Shown piece by piece: positions 27,896 to 37,779 of a stretch of 64,000 nt of DNA (positions are counted from its first letter, which is position 1; each line of letters starts with the position of its first letter). Source of the DNA: a virus (Duplodnaviria; Heunggongvirae; Uroviricota; Caudoviricetes); IMG/VR virus record IMGVR_UViG_3300032070_000001, positions 12,183 through 76,182 of that record; one strand, 5' to 3'. The notes beneath the pieces were generated by a model. The model saw only the letters and a program-made list of their open reading frames with translations, made no database searches and was not told the DNA's origin. The position numbers and the translations under genes are program-made.

Positions 27896-30604
27896 TTGGC
27901 CTGCGACACTCAGACGCGGCCATATCGCTCTTGTAGGATGACTTCTGTGCCCAAAGCCAGCGAAGCCTTCCACGCCTTTCTCCGCGCTCGCAAAACGGCC
28001 GCCAATACCGATCTTGTAGCGCGCTGGTCCACCGAGATGGAGACCCAATTGAACGTCGCTGTCGGCGACGGAGAACCTGTGGCAGGCAAACGGACCACCT
28101 GGTCCGATGGCATCAACGAATGGTTCAACATCCGCATCCCCAAGAACGCTGCCACCGACCCTACGTGGAACGATTACGAATTGCGCTTTCCGCTCGACCT
28201 ACACGCCGAAGGCATCGGCATGACCGGCTGGCGCTGGACCACGAAGCGGTCCTGCTGGTGCGGTTTTGACTTCGACGCCATCACGAACCATGCCAAGGGC
28301 ATCGGCATCGACGACGACCAACTGGAGAGAGTCAAGCAGGCCGCCTGCGCCTTACCCTACGTCGAAGTCCGCAAGAGTACCGGGGGCGGAGGCATCCACC
28401 TCTACGTCTACTTTGCCGACGACGGCATTCCCACCGAGAACCACACCGAGCACGCCGCCCTGGCCCGCTGCATCCTGGGCATGATGTCCGGCGACACTGG
28501 TTTCGACTTCGCCTCGCAGATCGACGCTTGCGGCCACGTGATGTGGATTTGGCACCGGAAGATGACACCCGAGAACCAAGGGCTCGCCATCCTCAAGCCG
28601 GCCGAGAAGCATCTGGCTTTAGCCGACCTACCGCACAACTGGCGAGATCATATCGAAGTAGTCAAGCGCCGCCGCAACAAGGTCCGCATCAACCAGATTG
28701 CCGAAGATGACCAAGACCCCTTCGAGGCCCTAACCTCCAGCCGCAAGATCACTCCCCTCGACGACAGCCACAAGGCCCAGATCGAGGCCCTAATGCGCTC
28801 CGGCTATACCACGCTCTGGATTGCCGACCACCACTTGCTGCAAAGCCACACCAAGGCCATTCAGGACCTACTAGAAAGTCCCGAGGGCAAGGAATTGAAG
28901 CTGACCGGCATCTTCAAAACGCTCTCCGAAGGTAAGGACCCGGGCACCCCCAACTGCTTTCTCTTTCCGTTGCCAGAAGGCGCTTGGCGAGTCTACCGTT
29001 TCTCACCAGGAATCAACGAGGCCGATACCTGGACCCAGGACGGCCAGGGATGGACCACTTGTTACTTCAACCGCTGCCTCGACCTGAAGACCGCTTGCAC
29101 ACTGTTCGGTGGAATCGAAAAGGAGGAAGGCGGCTACATCTTCTCTTCAGCCGAAGACGCCATCAAGGCAGCCCGCAGCCTGGGGCAAGAACTCCAGATT
29201 GACGCCGCTCTCGCCGCCGACCGAAAGGTGACTCTCAAATCTCACAAGGACGGAAGACTCATCGTTGAGATCGAGCGCAAAAAGACTGACCCGTCGCTAC
29301 CCGGCTGGGACGAAAAACGAACCAAGTATGTCAGGATTTTTACCACCAAGGCGGGACCCGAAAACGAAGACGATTTCACCGAGTACGACGGAATCATCCG
29401 GGCCTTGGAGACCGCTGCCATCGAGCACGCCGGCTGGGTCGCCAAGAAGAGCAAGGAATGGGTACGACAGCCAGGCGGCAACATCAAGATGCTACTACAA
29501 AGCCTTGGCAACCCCAAGACAATTGCCGAGGAAATCATGGGAACCTCCATTGGCCGCGGCTGGCGACTGGTCAACCTTCCCTTCCGCGAAGAGTACCCGG
29601 GCGGCCGGCAATGGAACATCGACGCCCCACAATTCCGCTTTCAGCCAGCCGATCTGTCAGACGACGAGGCTCCGCGGCACCCGCACTGGGATTTGATCCT
29701 CGACCATATCGGCCTCGAACTCACGCCCGCTCTTCGAGACCTCACATGGGCGGCAGAAGACAACATCCGCACTGGTGCTGATTATCTTCGTCGCTGGATC
29801 GCCTGCTCCTTCCGTGATCCCTTTGAGCCAGCCCCCTACCTCTTCATGTTCGGCCCCGAGAATAGCGGGAAAAGCATTTTCTACGAGGCCCTGCAACTCC
29901 TCGTCACGAAGGGCGTGGTCAAAGCCGACCGGCCGCTCACCGGCCGTGACGGATTCAACGGCGAACTCGCGGGGGCGATCATCTGCGCGGTAGAAGAAGT
30001 GGACATCTCCAAATGCCCTGGGGCCCACGCCCGAATCAAAGAATGGGTCACCGGTCGTACCCTCTCAATCCGCAAGATGCGGCACGACAGTTTTGAGCAA
30101 CCGAACATGACCCACTGGGTCCATACAGCCAACTTCCGCCAGAACTGTCCAATCTTTCCCGGCGACACGCGCATCACCATGATCTACGTCCCCGATTTGC
30201 TGCCCGATCAAGAAATCGCCAAGCCAACACTCCTATTGAAATTGGAGGAAGAGGCCGCACACTTCATGCACACGTTGATGAGTCTTGACTTGCCGCCGTC
30301 ACGAGGACGTTTGCGGCTCCCGGTCGTAACGACTACTAGCAAACTCAACGCCGAGGAACTGAACCGAACAGCGTTAGAACGGTTCATTGAGACCTATTGT
30401 GAAAGAGCCCCAGAGCAGCACACCCTCTTTGGTGACTTTTACGACCGCTTTCAGCAGTGGCTTCCCGTCGAAGAAAAAGCCGCCTGGCCAAAGAACCGAG
30501 TCAGCAAAGACCTGCCAATTCGTCACGAAACCATCGCTGGCACAGGCAACAAGCGCTATGTCTCAAATCTCACCATGAAACCTGGAGAAGAGAACCATGA
30601 GTAA
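27896..30604 (+). CDS. primase-helicase (P4/D5-type: N-terminal primase-polymerase, C-terminal P-loop NTPase)
   Basis: Walker A FGPENSGKS in the C-terminal third. 902 aa. A start at M15 (27938) is possible. Confidence 0.8.
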   Translation: MACDTQTRPYRSCRMTSVPKASEAFHAFLRARKTAANTDLVARWSTEMETQLNVAVGDGEPVAGKRTTWSDGINEWFNIRIPKNAATDPTWNDYELRFPLDLHAEGIGMTGWRWTTKRSCWCGFDFDAITNHAKGIGIDDDQLERVKQAACALPYVEVRKSTGGGGIHLYVYFADDGIPTENHTEHAALARCILGMMSGDTGFDFASQIDACGHVMWIWHRKMTPENQGLAILKPAEKHLALADLPHNWRDHIEVVKRRRNKVRINQIAEDDQDPFEALTSSRKITPLDDSHKAQIEALMRSGYTTLWIADHHLLQSHTKAIQDLLESPEGKELKLTGIFKTLSEGKDPGTPNCFLFPLPEGAWRVYRFSPGINEADTWTQDGQGWTTCYFNRCLDLKTACTLFGGIEKEEGGYIFSSAEDAIKAARSLGQELQIDAALAADRKVTLKSHKDGRLIVEIERKKTDPSLPGWDEKRTKYVRIFTTKAGPENEDDFTEYDGIIRALETAAIEHAGWVAKKSKEWVRQPGGNIKMLLQSLGNPKTIAEEIMGTSIGRGWRLVNLPFREEYPGGRQWNIDAPQFRFQPADLSDDEAPRHPHWDLILDHIGLELTPALRDLTWAAEDNIRTGADYLRRWIACSFRDPFEPAPYLFMFGPENSGKSIFYEALQLLVTKGVVKADRPLTGRDGFNGELAGAIICAVEEVDISKCPGAHARIKEWVTGRTLSIRKMRHDSFEQPNMTHWVHTANFRQNCPIFPGDTRITMIYVPDLLPDQEIAKPTLLLKLEEEAAHFMHTLMSLDLPPSRGRLRLPVVTTTSKLNAEELNRTALERFIETYCERAPEQHTLFGDFYDRFQQWLPVEEKAAWPKNRVSKDLPIRHETIAGTGNKRYVSNLTMKPGEENHE

Positions 30605-31013
30605 GTACAGCATGAGCGACAGCGGCAAGCGACAGTCCTTCGGCAAGGGCATGGCGATGCGCGACGCCGCCGACGATAAGCCCCGCCCCGATCTGATCTC
30701 CCCGTTCGCCGAAGACCGTTTAGGCCACTGGCTCCGCATGGGAGCAGCGAAGTACGCCGAACGCAATTGGGAAGCAGGGATGCCATTCTCCCGCTGTATC
30801 GCCTCACTCAAGCGCCACGTAATGCGCTACCAGCAGGGCCTCCGTGAAGAAGATCATCTGGCAGCGATCCTCTTCAACGCAATGGCCTTGATTCATTACG
30901 AGGAGATGATCGAACGCGGCGTGCTACCAGCCGAACTCAACAACATGCCCCGCTACACCGCCCGTAAGCCGGCTCGCAAGACTCGCAAACTCCAAAGGAA
31001 GAACCGTGGCTGA
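30597..31013 (+). CDS. putative nucleotide pyrophosphohydrolase (MazG/dGTP-diphosphohydrolase-like), weak
   Basis: HWLRMGAAKYAERNWEAGMPFSRCIASLKRHVMRY...EDHLAAILFNAMALIHY. The assignment is by loose resemblance only. Confidence 0.45.
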   Translation: MSKYSMSDSGKRQSFGKGMAMRDAADDKPRPDLISPFAEDRLGHWLRMGAAKYAERNWEAGMPFSRCIASLKRHVMRYQQGLREEDHLAAILFNAMALIHYEEMIERGVLPAELNNMPRYTARKPARKTRKLQRKNRG

Positions 31014-31665
31014 ACCTGAATCTACAACCATCACCCAAGAAGCTCCAGGGCCGCTAGTCATTTACCCTGGTCTCGTTCAGCTAGCCGGCCACCTGCTCGC
31101 TGCAGTGGACCTAGAAACCACTGGCACTCGGCCAGGCTACCATGAGATCATTCAGATCGCAGTCTTGCCACTAGACTCCGACATCAAGCCTCTCGCAGGT
31201 GTGCGGCCGTTCTACACCCACATGCGGCCCAAACACCCGGAGCGGGAGTCGGTAGGAGCCAAGCACAAGCACAAGATTCCGATGACGGAATTGCTACTCC
31301 ACGCCCCGGAGGCCGAGCGGGTCGAGGACTGGTTCCGGGAGTGGGTCGAGAGGCTGCGCCTGCCCCTTCGGCGGGCCCTGGTGCCGCTGGCCCACAACTG
31401 GGCCTTCGAGTCGGCGTTCTTGAAGTCATGGCTGGGCGTGGCAGCCGTCGATGAACTCTTCCACAGCCACGCCCGCGACTCCATGCTCTACGCCATCGGC
31501 CTCAACGACAAGGCGGCCTTTGCAGGCGAACCCGTACATTTCACCTCAGTCGCCCTGGGGTCCATGTGCCGGAAGCTAAGCATCGTCAACACCAACCCCC
31601 ATGACGCCCTGGCCGACTGCATCGCCGAGGCCGAGGTGTATCGCACGTTGCTGAGGATGTTCTGA
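31006..31665 (+). CDS. DnaQ-like 3'-5' exonuclease (DEDDh)
   Basis: Exo I AVDLETTG, Exo II HNWAFE, Exo III HDALADC. The start is GTG. Confidence 0.8.
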   Translation: MAEPESTTITQEAPGPLVIYPGLVQLAGHLLAAVDLETTGTRPGYHEIIQIAVLPLDSDIKPLAGVRPFYTHMRPKHPERESVGAKHKHKIPMTELLLHAPEAERVEDWFREWVERLRLPLRRALVPLAHNWAFESAFLKSWLGVAAVDELFHSHARDSMLYAIGLNDKAAFAGEPVHFTSVALGSMCRKLSIVNTNPHDALADCIAEAEVYRTLLRMF

Positions 31666-31705
31666 CTCTCCTGCTACTCTCCTGCCACTGGCCGGTTGTG
31701 GGCGG

Positions 31706-32281
31706 CTACGAGTAAAGCTGGTGGGTAGCCAATCCCTGCCGATCTGCCTGGGACGTGAGCAGCTTGAAGACCTTGCAGTCTGCAAAGTCCACCAGCTTGC
31801 AGCGGGTGACGTGGACGCCGAACTGCCGCAATTCGCGGCGGGTCTCTTTAGTCAGCGTCCTGGTCAGGGACTCATCCCTGATCCCCGCCATGATCTCGTC
31901 GTGGGTATGCGTGGCGATCACGCGGGCCACGGCCGATTGCGTGAGATCGTTGATCGTGGTATCAACGTCCCAATTGAGTTTCCCGATGGCCCGCACCACG
32001 TCGGGAATCCGATAGACCACGAGGGTTTTGACGACCACCTTCTTACCGTCCTTCGTGGCCATGACCTGATCGGGAATGGCGAGCGTTTGGCGCGCAGTCA
32101 CCACGACCTCCACCTCGGTCGTAATGGGCCACCAGACATGCAGCCCGGGAGCGAGGGCCTTGATGTGTTTCCCCCGCGCCCATTTCACCCCGCCGTGGGT
32201 GGCCCTGATGATGAGAATATGAGGAATGAACTTGTAGAGTGTCTCGAATAGCTGACCTAGCCAGGCAAAAGCGCTTTCCAT
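31706..32281 (-). CDS. SPFH/band-7 domain protein
   Basis: IPDQVMATKDGKKVVVKTLVVYRIPDV... is the stomatin/prohibitin-like core. Hydrophobic N-terminus. Confidence 0.7.
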   Translation of the reverse strand: MESAFAWLGQLFETLYKFIPHILIIRATHGGVKWARGKHIKALAPGLHVWWPITTEVEVVVTARQTLAIPDQVMATKDGKKVVVKTLVVYRIPDVVRAIGKLNWDVDTTINDLTQSAVARVIATHTHDEIMAGIRDESLTRTLTKETRRELRQFGVHVTRCKLVDFADCKVFKLLTSQADRQGLATHQLYS

Positions 32282-32293
32282 AAAACACCTCCC

Positions 32294-32338
32294 TTAGAAG
32301 AACGAAGTGCCCAGACGGGATGAACCCGACTGGGCACT
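32294..32338 (-). terminator. candidate intrinsic terminator
   Basis: 9-bp stem agtgcccag/ctgggcact (32306-32314 and 32330-32338), followed on the minus strand by CUUCGUUCUUCU. Confidence 0.45.
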
Positions 32339-32363
32339 CACGCCGCACTTGCCGCATTCTGCC

Positions 32364-32567
32364 TTACTTCGCCCGCCTGCCTCGATTAAGACCCTTGAGC
32401 GTCTTCGCCAAGTTGATCTGACGCTTCGTTGTCGTACTGATCCCCTTGGGCGGATGCGCCATGAACTCCGCCACCGACACACCCGCGGCCTTCGCCTTCC
32501 GAGTCAACGCGCCAGGATGCTGGATCGCGCCTTGAATCCACTTCTTTGCCATTGCTGCCCCTCCCAC
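32364..32567 (-). CDS. small basic protein
   Basis: 67 aa, MAKKWIQGAIQHPGALTRKAKAAGVSVAEFMAHPPKGISTTTKRQ... Confidence 0.45.
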   Translation of the reverse strand: MGGAAMAKKWIQGAIQHPGALTRKAKAAGVSVAEFMAHPPKGISTTTKRQINLAKTLKGLNRGRRAK

Positions 32568-32573
32568 GTTTAC

Positions 32574-32804
32574 TTAAAGTTCACTACCTGAAAACAAAAC
32601 CGCATCTCCGTAAATCGTTCTTCCATCAGCCATCTCCGTAGCGGTCGCGTTGATCTCGGTCACGTCCAAACGACTAAGAATCTGTCGCCCATCCTCCAAG
32701 CGCTCAAAGGCCATCAAACATCCGCTGGGGAAACTCCGCAGCACCAACTCACCATACGCCTCTTCCGACCCCACAGGGCCGTCTACCGGGATGAAATGCG
32801 CCAT
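32574..32804 (-). CDS. hypothetical protein
   Basis: Internal ATG (M32) of ORF 32574..32897, MAHFIPVDGPVGSEEAYGELVLRSF... The longer form overlaps the upstream gene. Confidence 0.4.
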   Translation of the reverse strand: MAHFIPVDGPVGSEEAYGELVLRSFPSGCLMAFERLEDGRQILSRLDVTEINATATEMADGRTIYGDAVLFSGSEL

Positions 32805-32811
32805 TAAACTC

Positions 32812-33240
32812 CTACCACAGATTACGGGGACAGTGTTGAGTGGCCATCTTAATCTTGTTGAAGATCGCCGGCCCGTTAGCCGTGACTTTGCAGCCACAGC
32901 CCTGGCAACGTTGTTTGTTCACGTCGTACCATCGACATGGCGGCGACGAAGCACAGAAGGTCGCATGGAGACGAGCGACCTCCTCATCCGACCGCTCAGG
33001 TCGGCCTTGAGCAACCCATTCTACGGTAGCTTCAGCCCAAGTCAGTATCCGACGCGGTAGACTCGGAACCCGGGGTACAACCTCAACAACCGGTTGATAG
33101 TGAGGACATTGGAGGCACTGTTCCAAATTCACATTCTGCGTAAACTGACTTGCCGCCGGATTCGCGCACCGATAAATTACAATCTGTTCACCTAAATGGC
33201 GTTTATGAATCACGTTGCACCGCTTACACAATGCAATCAT
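32812..33240 (-). CDS. Cys-rich (zinc-finger-like) protein
   Basis: CKRCN, CLQCPHY and CQGCGC clusters in 142 aa. Confidence 0.5.
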   Translation of the reverse strand: MIALCKRCNVIHKRHLGEQIVIYRCANPAASQFTQNVNLEQCLQCPHYQPVVEVVPRVPSLPRRILTWAEATVEWVAQGRPERSDEEVARLHATFCASSPPCRWYDVNKQRCQGCGCKVTANGPAIFNKIKMATQHCPRNLW

Positions 33241-33250
33241 CCTCTTTCTC

Positions 33251-36200
33251 CTACATCAAAGTCGGCCTGCTCACCCTGTAGTTCTCACCTTTGTTAGGTT
33301 TCATCTGGTCCCCTGGCACCGTTTCACAAGGAGCAGCCTTCGGATCGGAATCGGGATGTGCGACAGGTCCACTAACTATACTCGGAAATGTCTCCAAATA
33401 ATGACCCCAAATAACGGGGCCAAAAGGACATTTATAAATATGTTGTTGCACTGCTTCACGCATGTGGTATGCGAATTCTAAGGCACTAAATAAGTCAGTA
33501 AATGTCTGACACCACGACGTATAGTTAGAGGTACAAACCAAACCAGTGCAGCCCGCCCCGCACGTCGAAAATCCATCGCCACATTTACCACTGCAACCCT
33601 TATTCGTTGTCAGAACCGTTAGATAGCCTACAGTTACCTCATAAAGGCAACCACCATTATACACACTCTCCCCGCATATTTTTCGCGGCTTTTTATCCTG
33701 ATCCTTTTTACCGCCTGCACCTGCGTCCATTTTAGATTGCATGGCGTCACGATTTGCCTTCTCTGCTTTCTTCAAAGCTTCAAAAACAGGGTCGCGCTCT
33801 TCGACGTAGGCGTCATCCGTCGTTGGGCAGAAACACGTTTCCAGCACGTCGTCCAAATCGGACGGATGCGAATCACCAGCGGTCAAGACCAGTTTAGGTT
33901 GCCCGTCGTCCGGAGCCACTGCATACAGAAGATGCCCTTCAGGCGGAGCCACCGTGAAGTTGTAGCCCAAACCTGCCGTCCGCTCCTCGGCCGTGGGAAA
34001 GATCGTCCCAGCCGGAATCAAGGCAGGCCAGGCATGAATATAGGGTGCCATCTCGCCCGCGCGAATTGGCGTCCAACACGTAAAGTCGATCTGCTGATTC
34101 CCCACGTCATACTTTGCGGCCGTAATCACCGCCTTAGTCGAGGCCACGCCAGGCAAGTCCAGCGTCACACAGTCAAATACCTCTAAGGCTAAGTGCTTCA
34201 GCGGCGTACTGAACTCCACGATCTTCCAGGCATTGGCGTCCCGAATAGCCCAAAAAGTTGCACTCTTCAACACATTGTCGAAGATGTTCAACGTGTAGTA
34301 ATCATGGGTCTTTTCCCGCGTCCCGTACTTGGCGACGTTATGCTTGAGAACGATCTTCAAGTCGCCCTCCGACTCACTCCGTTTCCAGGTGACAACATGC
34401 TTCGTGGCCAGTTCATCAGTGCTCGACAAACTCACCCGAAGCGTATTGACAAGCACATCGCCGACAGCAATCGTCGCCAACGAATCCGGCTCTTCCGAGA
34501 AATACTTCAAGTACACCACGTCGTTGCGGACGTAGACCACGCAGCGGCTCTGGACGGCGATGTCCGCGATCAATTCCATCACGTTCTTGCGCGCCAGAAG
34601 GGCGAAGTTCGCCGGGTACTTCGTCAGCATCGTCCGCACATGGGCGAACGAGGCGCTGTCAATGCTCAACGACGTGTACTTGCCGATCAGCCAGGTGATG
34701 ATGTCCACCGGGTTCGGCCCCACGGATGAGGTGACCGTGACGTAGAGGTCGTCCGACCACTTCGACGGCTCCACGTGCTTGGTCCCGTCCGGGTTCGTGA
34801 CCACCTCGGATCGCTGACTGAGCGGCTTAGCCATGCCGATCTCAGTCACCGTGTACCCGTCGTAGTCTGTCTCGTAGATCGTGTAATACGCTGCCGGCAC
34901 CGTCATCAGCTTCAACCCGAAGGCCGTCTGCTTCATGGCCGCCACGCGCGTGATGGTACAAGGCAGCAGGTTGACGATGAAGAGGACCTCCACCTCGGAC
35001 TCCAGGAAGACCTTACTCCCCGCCCGGGCCCAGAAGAATGAGGCAGTAGGCATATCGTCATACGCCTTCCGTGATTCCACCGGCCCGCCTACTGTCTGCA
35101 ACTTTTGACAACGTTGAATCTCAGCATTGCAATAGTCAGCAATCTCTTGAGGATTGGCGGTAAGCGTACTCTCCTCGTACCATGCCGTACCTGCCTCGGT
35201 AGCCGTCCAAGCACAGCCGCCGCGCGTAGCCTTCACTTGGAAACTACGGTCGTCAATCAAACGGCAGGTCCCCGGCGAATTGACGGCATAGTCCGGATGC
35301 TCGCGGCCCACAATCGTGAACACGTCGCCACTGAAGGTCCCTGTAAACTTACCCCCTTCGATATTCAACACCAGGCGCTCGCCTTGTGGAAACAAGGTGC
35401 TTGCGCCCTGAATCGTCAAGATGGGATGCTCGTATGCCTGTTGTTGCTCCAACTGGTAGATCAAGTCGCAGATGATGAAATACCGATCCTCGACGCACGA
35501 CTGATCGGGACCCCAGTTCTGCTCCTTAGTCACATCGAAGGTCCAGACCATCTGTTCATCCTCACTACCCTCGACACCTGGTATCACGGTACTTTCCGGC
35601 GTCACAGCCTGTGTCTCACCCAGCGGGACATTCGGACACTGAATATATCTTGCCTGACAGATACGGGACTCCAAGGTATAGTCGTGAATCCCTTCGCCGG
35701 TTTGCAGAATCCCGAACCGCGGGGCCCGAACCTGGACCGCTTTCACATCGCAGACCGAGCCGAATACCAGAGGCCACGCCTTGCCCAACGCATCAGGCGG
35801 GACCACCGGGAAGTCCCCCTCCTCCATCGAGAACCCGGCTTCCACGTCCTCGATGCGCGCGGTCACGTCGAAGCTGACAGTGCGGTCGCCCTCGTTCCAT
35901 GTGAACGGGCTGTTGATCTCCCCTTTGAACAAGAGGAATTTGTCGGATAGACTAAGACCCTCGAACCATTGGTAGACCCACACCGGCCGCTTGTGTAGAT
36001 CGTGCTGGTCACAAAGAGCCTTGATTGCCCCATCCGTATCGTCCAGAACCAGACGCATCTGGCTTGAATCTGTGTTACCTTCGACCGTGACCGTGGCGTC
36101 GATGCTGCCAACCTCAACAAGTTGACCAAGCACGACATTGGTGATCTTGCGGTCGGCGTACATACAGACGCCGCCGCCAGGCACCCATTGAATCTCCACA

Positions 36201-36265
36201 ATCAGAACTGATTCCGTACCGCAATTCTGAGCGAGTTTTGCCCCTGCTGATCCGACACTGCGCAT
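33251..36265 (-). CDS. large tail fibre / host-specificity-type tail protein (1004 aa)
   Basis: Terminal gene of the tail block downstream of the tape measure. Cys-rich C-terminal knob (CSGKCGDGFSTCGAGCTGLVC). Confidence 0.65.
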   Translation of the reverse strand: MRSVGSAGAKLAQNCGTESVLIVEIQWVPGGGVCMYADRKITNVVLGQLVEVGSIDATVTVEGNTDSSQMRLVLDDTDGAIKALCDQHDLHKRPVWVYQWFEGLSLSDKFLLFKGEINSPFTWNEGDRTVSFDVTARIEDVEAGFSMEEGDFPVVPPDALGKAWPLVFGSVCDVKAVQVRAPRFGILQTGEGIHDYTLESRICQARYIQCPNVPLGETQAVTPESTVIPGVEGSEDEQMVWTFDVTKEQNWGPDQSCVEDRYFIICDLIYQLEQQQAYEHPILTIQGASTLFPQGERLVLNIEGGKFTGTFSGDVFTIVGREHPDYAVNSPGTCRLIDDRSFQVKATRGGCAWTATEAGTAWYEESTLTANPQEIADYCNAEIQRCQKLQTVGGPVESRKAYDDMPTASFFWARAGSKVFLESEVEVLFIVNLLPCTITRVAAMKQTAFGLKLMTVPAAYYTIYETDYDGYTVTEIGMAKPLSQRSEVVTNPDGTKHVEPSKWSDDLYVTVTSSVGPNPVDIITWLIGKYTSLSIDSASFAHVRTMLTKYPANFALLARKNVMELIADIAVQSRCVVYVRNDVVYLKYFSEEPDSLATIAVGDVLVNTLRVSLSSTDELATKHVVTWKRSESEGDLKIVLKHNVAKYGTREKTHDYYTLNIFDNVLKSATFWAIRDANAWKIVEFSTPLKHLALEVFDCVTLDLPGVASTKAVITAAKYDVGNQQIDFTCWTPIRAGEMAPYIHAWPALIPAGTIFPTAEERTAGLGYNFTVAPPEGHLLYAVAPDDGQPKLVLTAGDSHPSDLDDVLETCFCPTTDDAYVEERDPVFEALKKAEKANRDAMQSKMDAGAGGKKDQDKKPRKICGESVYNGGCLYEVTVGYLTVLTTNKGCSGKCGDGFSTCGAGCTGLVCTSNYTSWCQTFTDLFSALEFAYHMREAVQQHIYKCPFGPVIWGHYLETFPSIVSGPVAHPDSDPKAAPCETVPGDQMKPNKGENYRVSRPTLM

Positions 36266-36678
36266 CAGAATTTTCCTCCCTCGAATTCCACGGTCACGAC
36301 CTGGAGTTCACCACGGGACATCGGCGCAATCGCCGGCGCGGCCCGTTCTGGTGTGTCAAACTCTAATGGATCACCGATGAAGTTCCCAACCCACACTTGG
36401 CCCTGATGATCCACCACCCGAATCCGCGAGGCGAAGTAGGATTGAAAGAACGCTCGTAGTTCCAGGGCCTTGTTGCGCGTCATGTTGAAGGTCCACTGCA
36501 CTTTACGCCGACCGCCATGACGCTGGACGTACACGTACCGCGTCCCATCCATCGCCCGCTTCTGAACCAGCGTGTCCACCAGAGCCTCTTGGTCCGAAAA
36601 CTGGGGATCGGGCAGGAGCGTCGTAGTCTGCACCAACGGATAGGGGGCTTGGAACTGAAACATGATTACGGCTCCCAA
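36265..36678 (-). CDS. tail/baseplate assembly protein (hypothetical)
   Basis: 137 aa. ATG overlaps the downstream stop. Confidence 0.5.
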   Translation of the reverse strand: MGAVIMFQFQAPYPLVQTTTLLPDPQFSDQEALVDTLVQKRAMDGTRYVYVQRHGGRRKVQWTFNMTRNKALELRAFFQSYFASRIRVVDHQGQVWVGNFIGDPLEFDTPERAAPAIAPMSRGELQVVTVEFEGGKF

Positions 36679-37778
36679 TCAGGGTCCAATTCTCCCTCGA
36701 ACTCGAAGTTCGCCGTGAACCGTCCCGCGGAATCCTCGACAACGGGATCAGTCGTTGTAGTCACGATGCCCTGCCAATACCGCGATTCCCAGTCGATCAA
36801 GCCAATCTCTTGCCCAAGATGTGCTGCCAAGAATGTCAATAACGCCAACCCCTCGTCGCGCGCGAGGCCCGAGAAACTCAAAACGAGGACTTGACTCTTC
36901 GGCCAGATCGGATCGGCATAGACCACCAGCGTTCCGCCTCGGGTCTCCCGGTTGATCCGGGTGAATTGCAGCCGATCCTTGTTGCCCAGATTCGGCGCAC
37001 GCAAGGTGCAAGAATCCGTGATCTCTCCCGTCGCCGGGTAAACCAGTTGAAACCGGACGCCGATTTCCGGGTGGGGCAGTACGAGTGTGTTAGCCGGTGG
37101 GTCCGGGGCCTCCACGGCTCCATCTCCGACGAATGGCGCGTACTGACGGTCGAACCGCCGCCCGGCGATCCAGCACGTACACGCCTGACGAAAGCCGAGG
37201 TCTTCCGTAATAGTGCGTGCATAGACACCACCCGCACTCACTGTCTGCACCAAGTCCAAAGATTCCCGGACACTTCCACCTTTGCCAACGCTGATCGTCT
37301 GAACGAGCGTCAATGCGTCATTGACGATCCCCGTCTTTCGGCGTACCCCTTCTTCCGTGAATGTAAGCACCTGGTTAACGGTGACAGGAATCGTGCGCCC
37401 AAAACGCTCTTGGAAATCAAGCACGTCCTGAACCGTAACGTGCGTCACGGCCCGATGCCCATCCACCGATTCCGCAAGACCCAAGGTATGCTGAATCGTA
37501 ATGTAGATGGGACCGTGAACCTCGACGGATTCCACAAGGCCCAAAGAATCGCTGACCGGCCGACCTAGTATCTTTCCAACCGTAACGGAATCTATTAGTT
37601 CAAGAACATCCGTCACGACCTCCGCGAAACACTCAGTAAGAATCTCCACGTATTGTCGTGTGATGCGCGTCGCACCAAGGCCCGCCGCCAAGACCTCGAC
37701 CTGTTGACGGGTGACGCGCGCCAAGCCGTCGCCTGCCGCCAGCACTTCGGTCTGTTGACGAGTCGCGCGCAACACCAT
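36666..37778 (-). CDS. tail/baseplate structural protein with N-terminal ~15-aa tandem repeats
   Basis: TRQQTEVLAAGDGLARV / TRQQVEVLAAGLGATRI / TRQYVEIL, encoded by 45-bp tandem repeats at 37645-37778. Confidence 0.55.
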   Translation of the reverse strand: MVLRATRQQTEVLAAGDGLARVTRQQVEVLAAGLGATRITRQYVEILTECFAEVVTDVLELIDSVTVGKILGRPVSDSLGLVESVEVHGPIYITIQHTLGLAESVDGHRAVTHVTVQDVLDFQERFGRTIPVTVNQVLTFTEEGVRRKTGIVNDALTLVQTISVGKGGSVRESLDLVQTVSAGGVYARTITEDLGFRQACTCWIAGRRFDRQYAPFVGDGAVEAPDPPANTLVLPHPEIGVRFQLVYPATGEITDSCTLRAPNLGNKDRLQFTRINRETRGGTLVVYADPIWPKSQVLVLSFSGLARDEGLALLTFLAAHLGQEIGLIDWESRYWQGIVTTTTDPVVEDSAGRFTANFEFEGELDPDWEP

Positions 37779-37779
37779 A

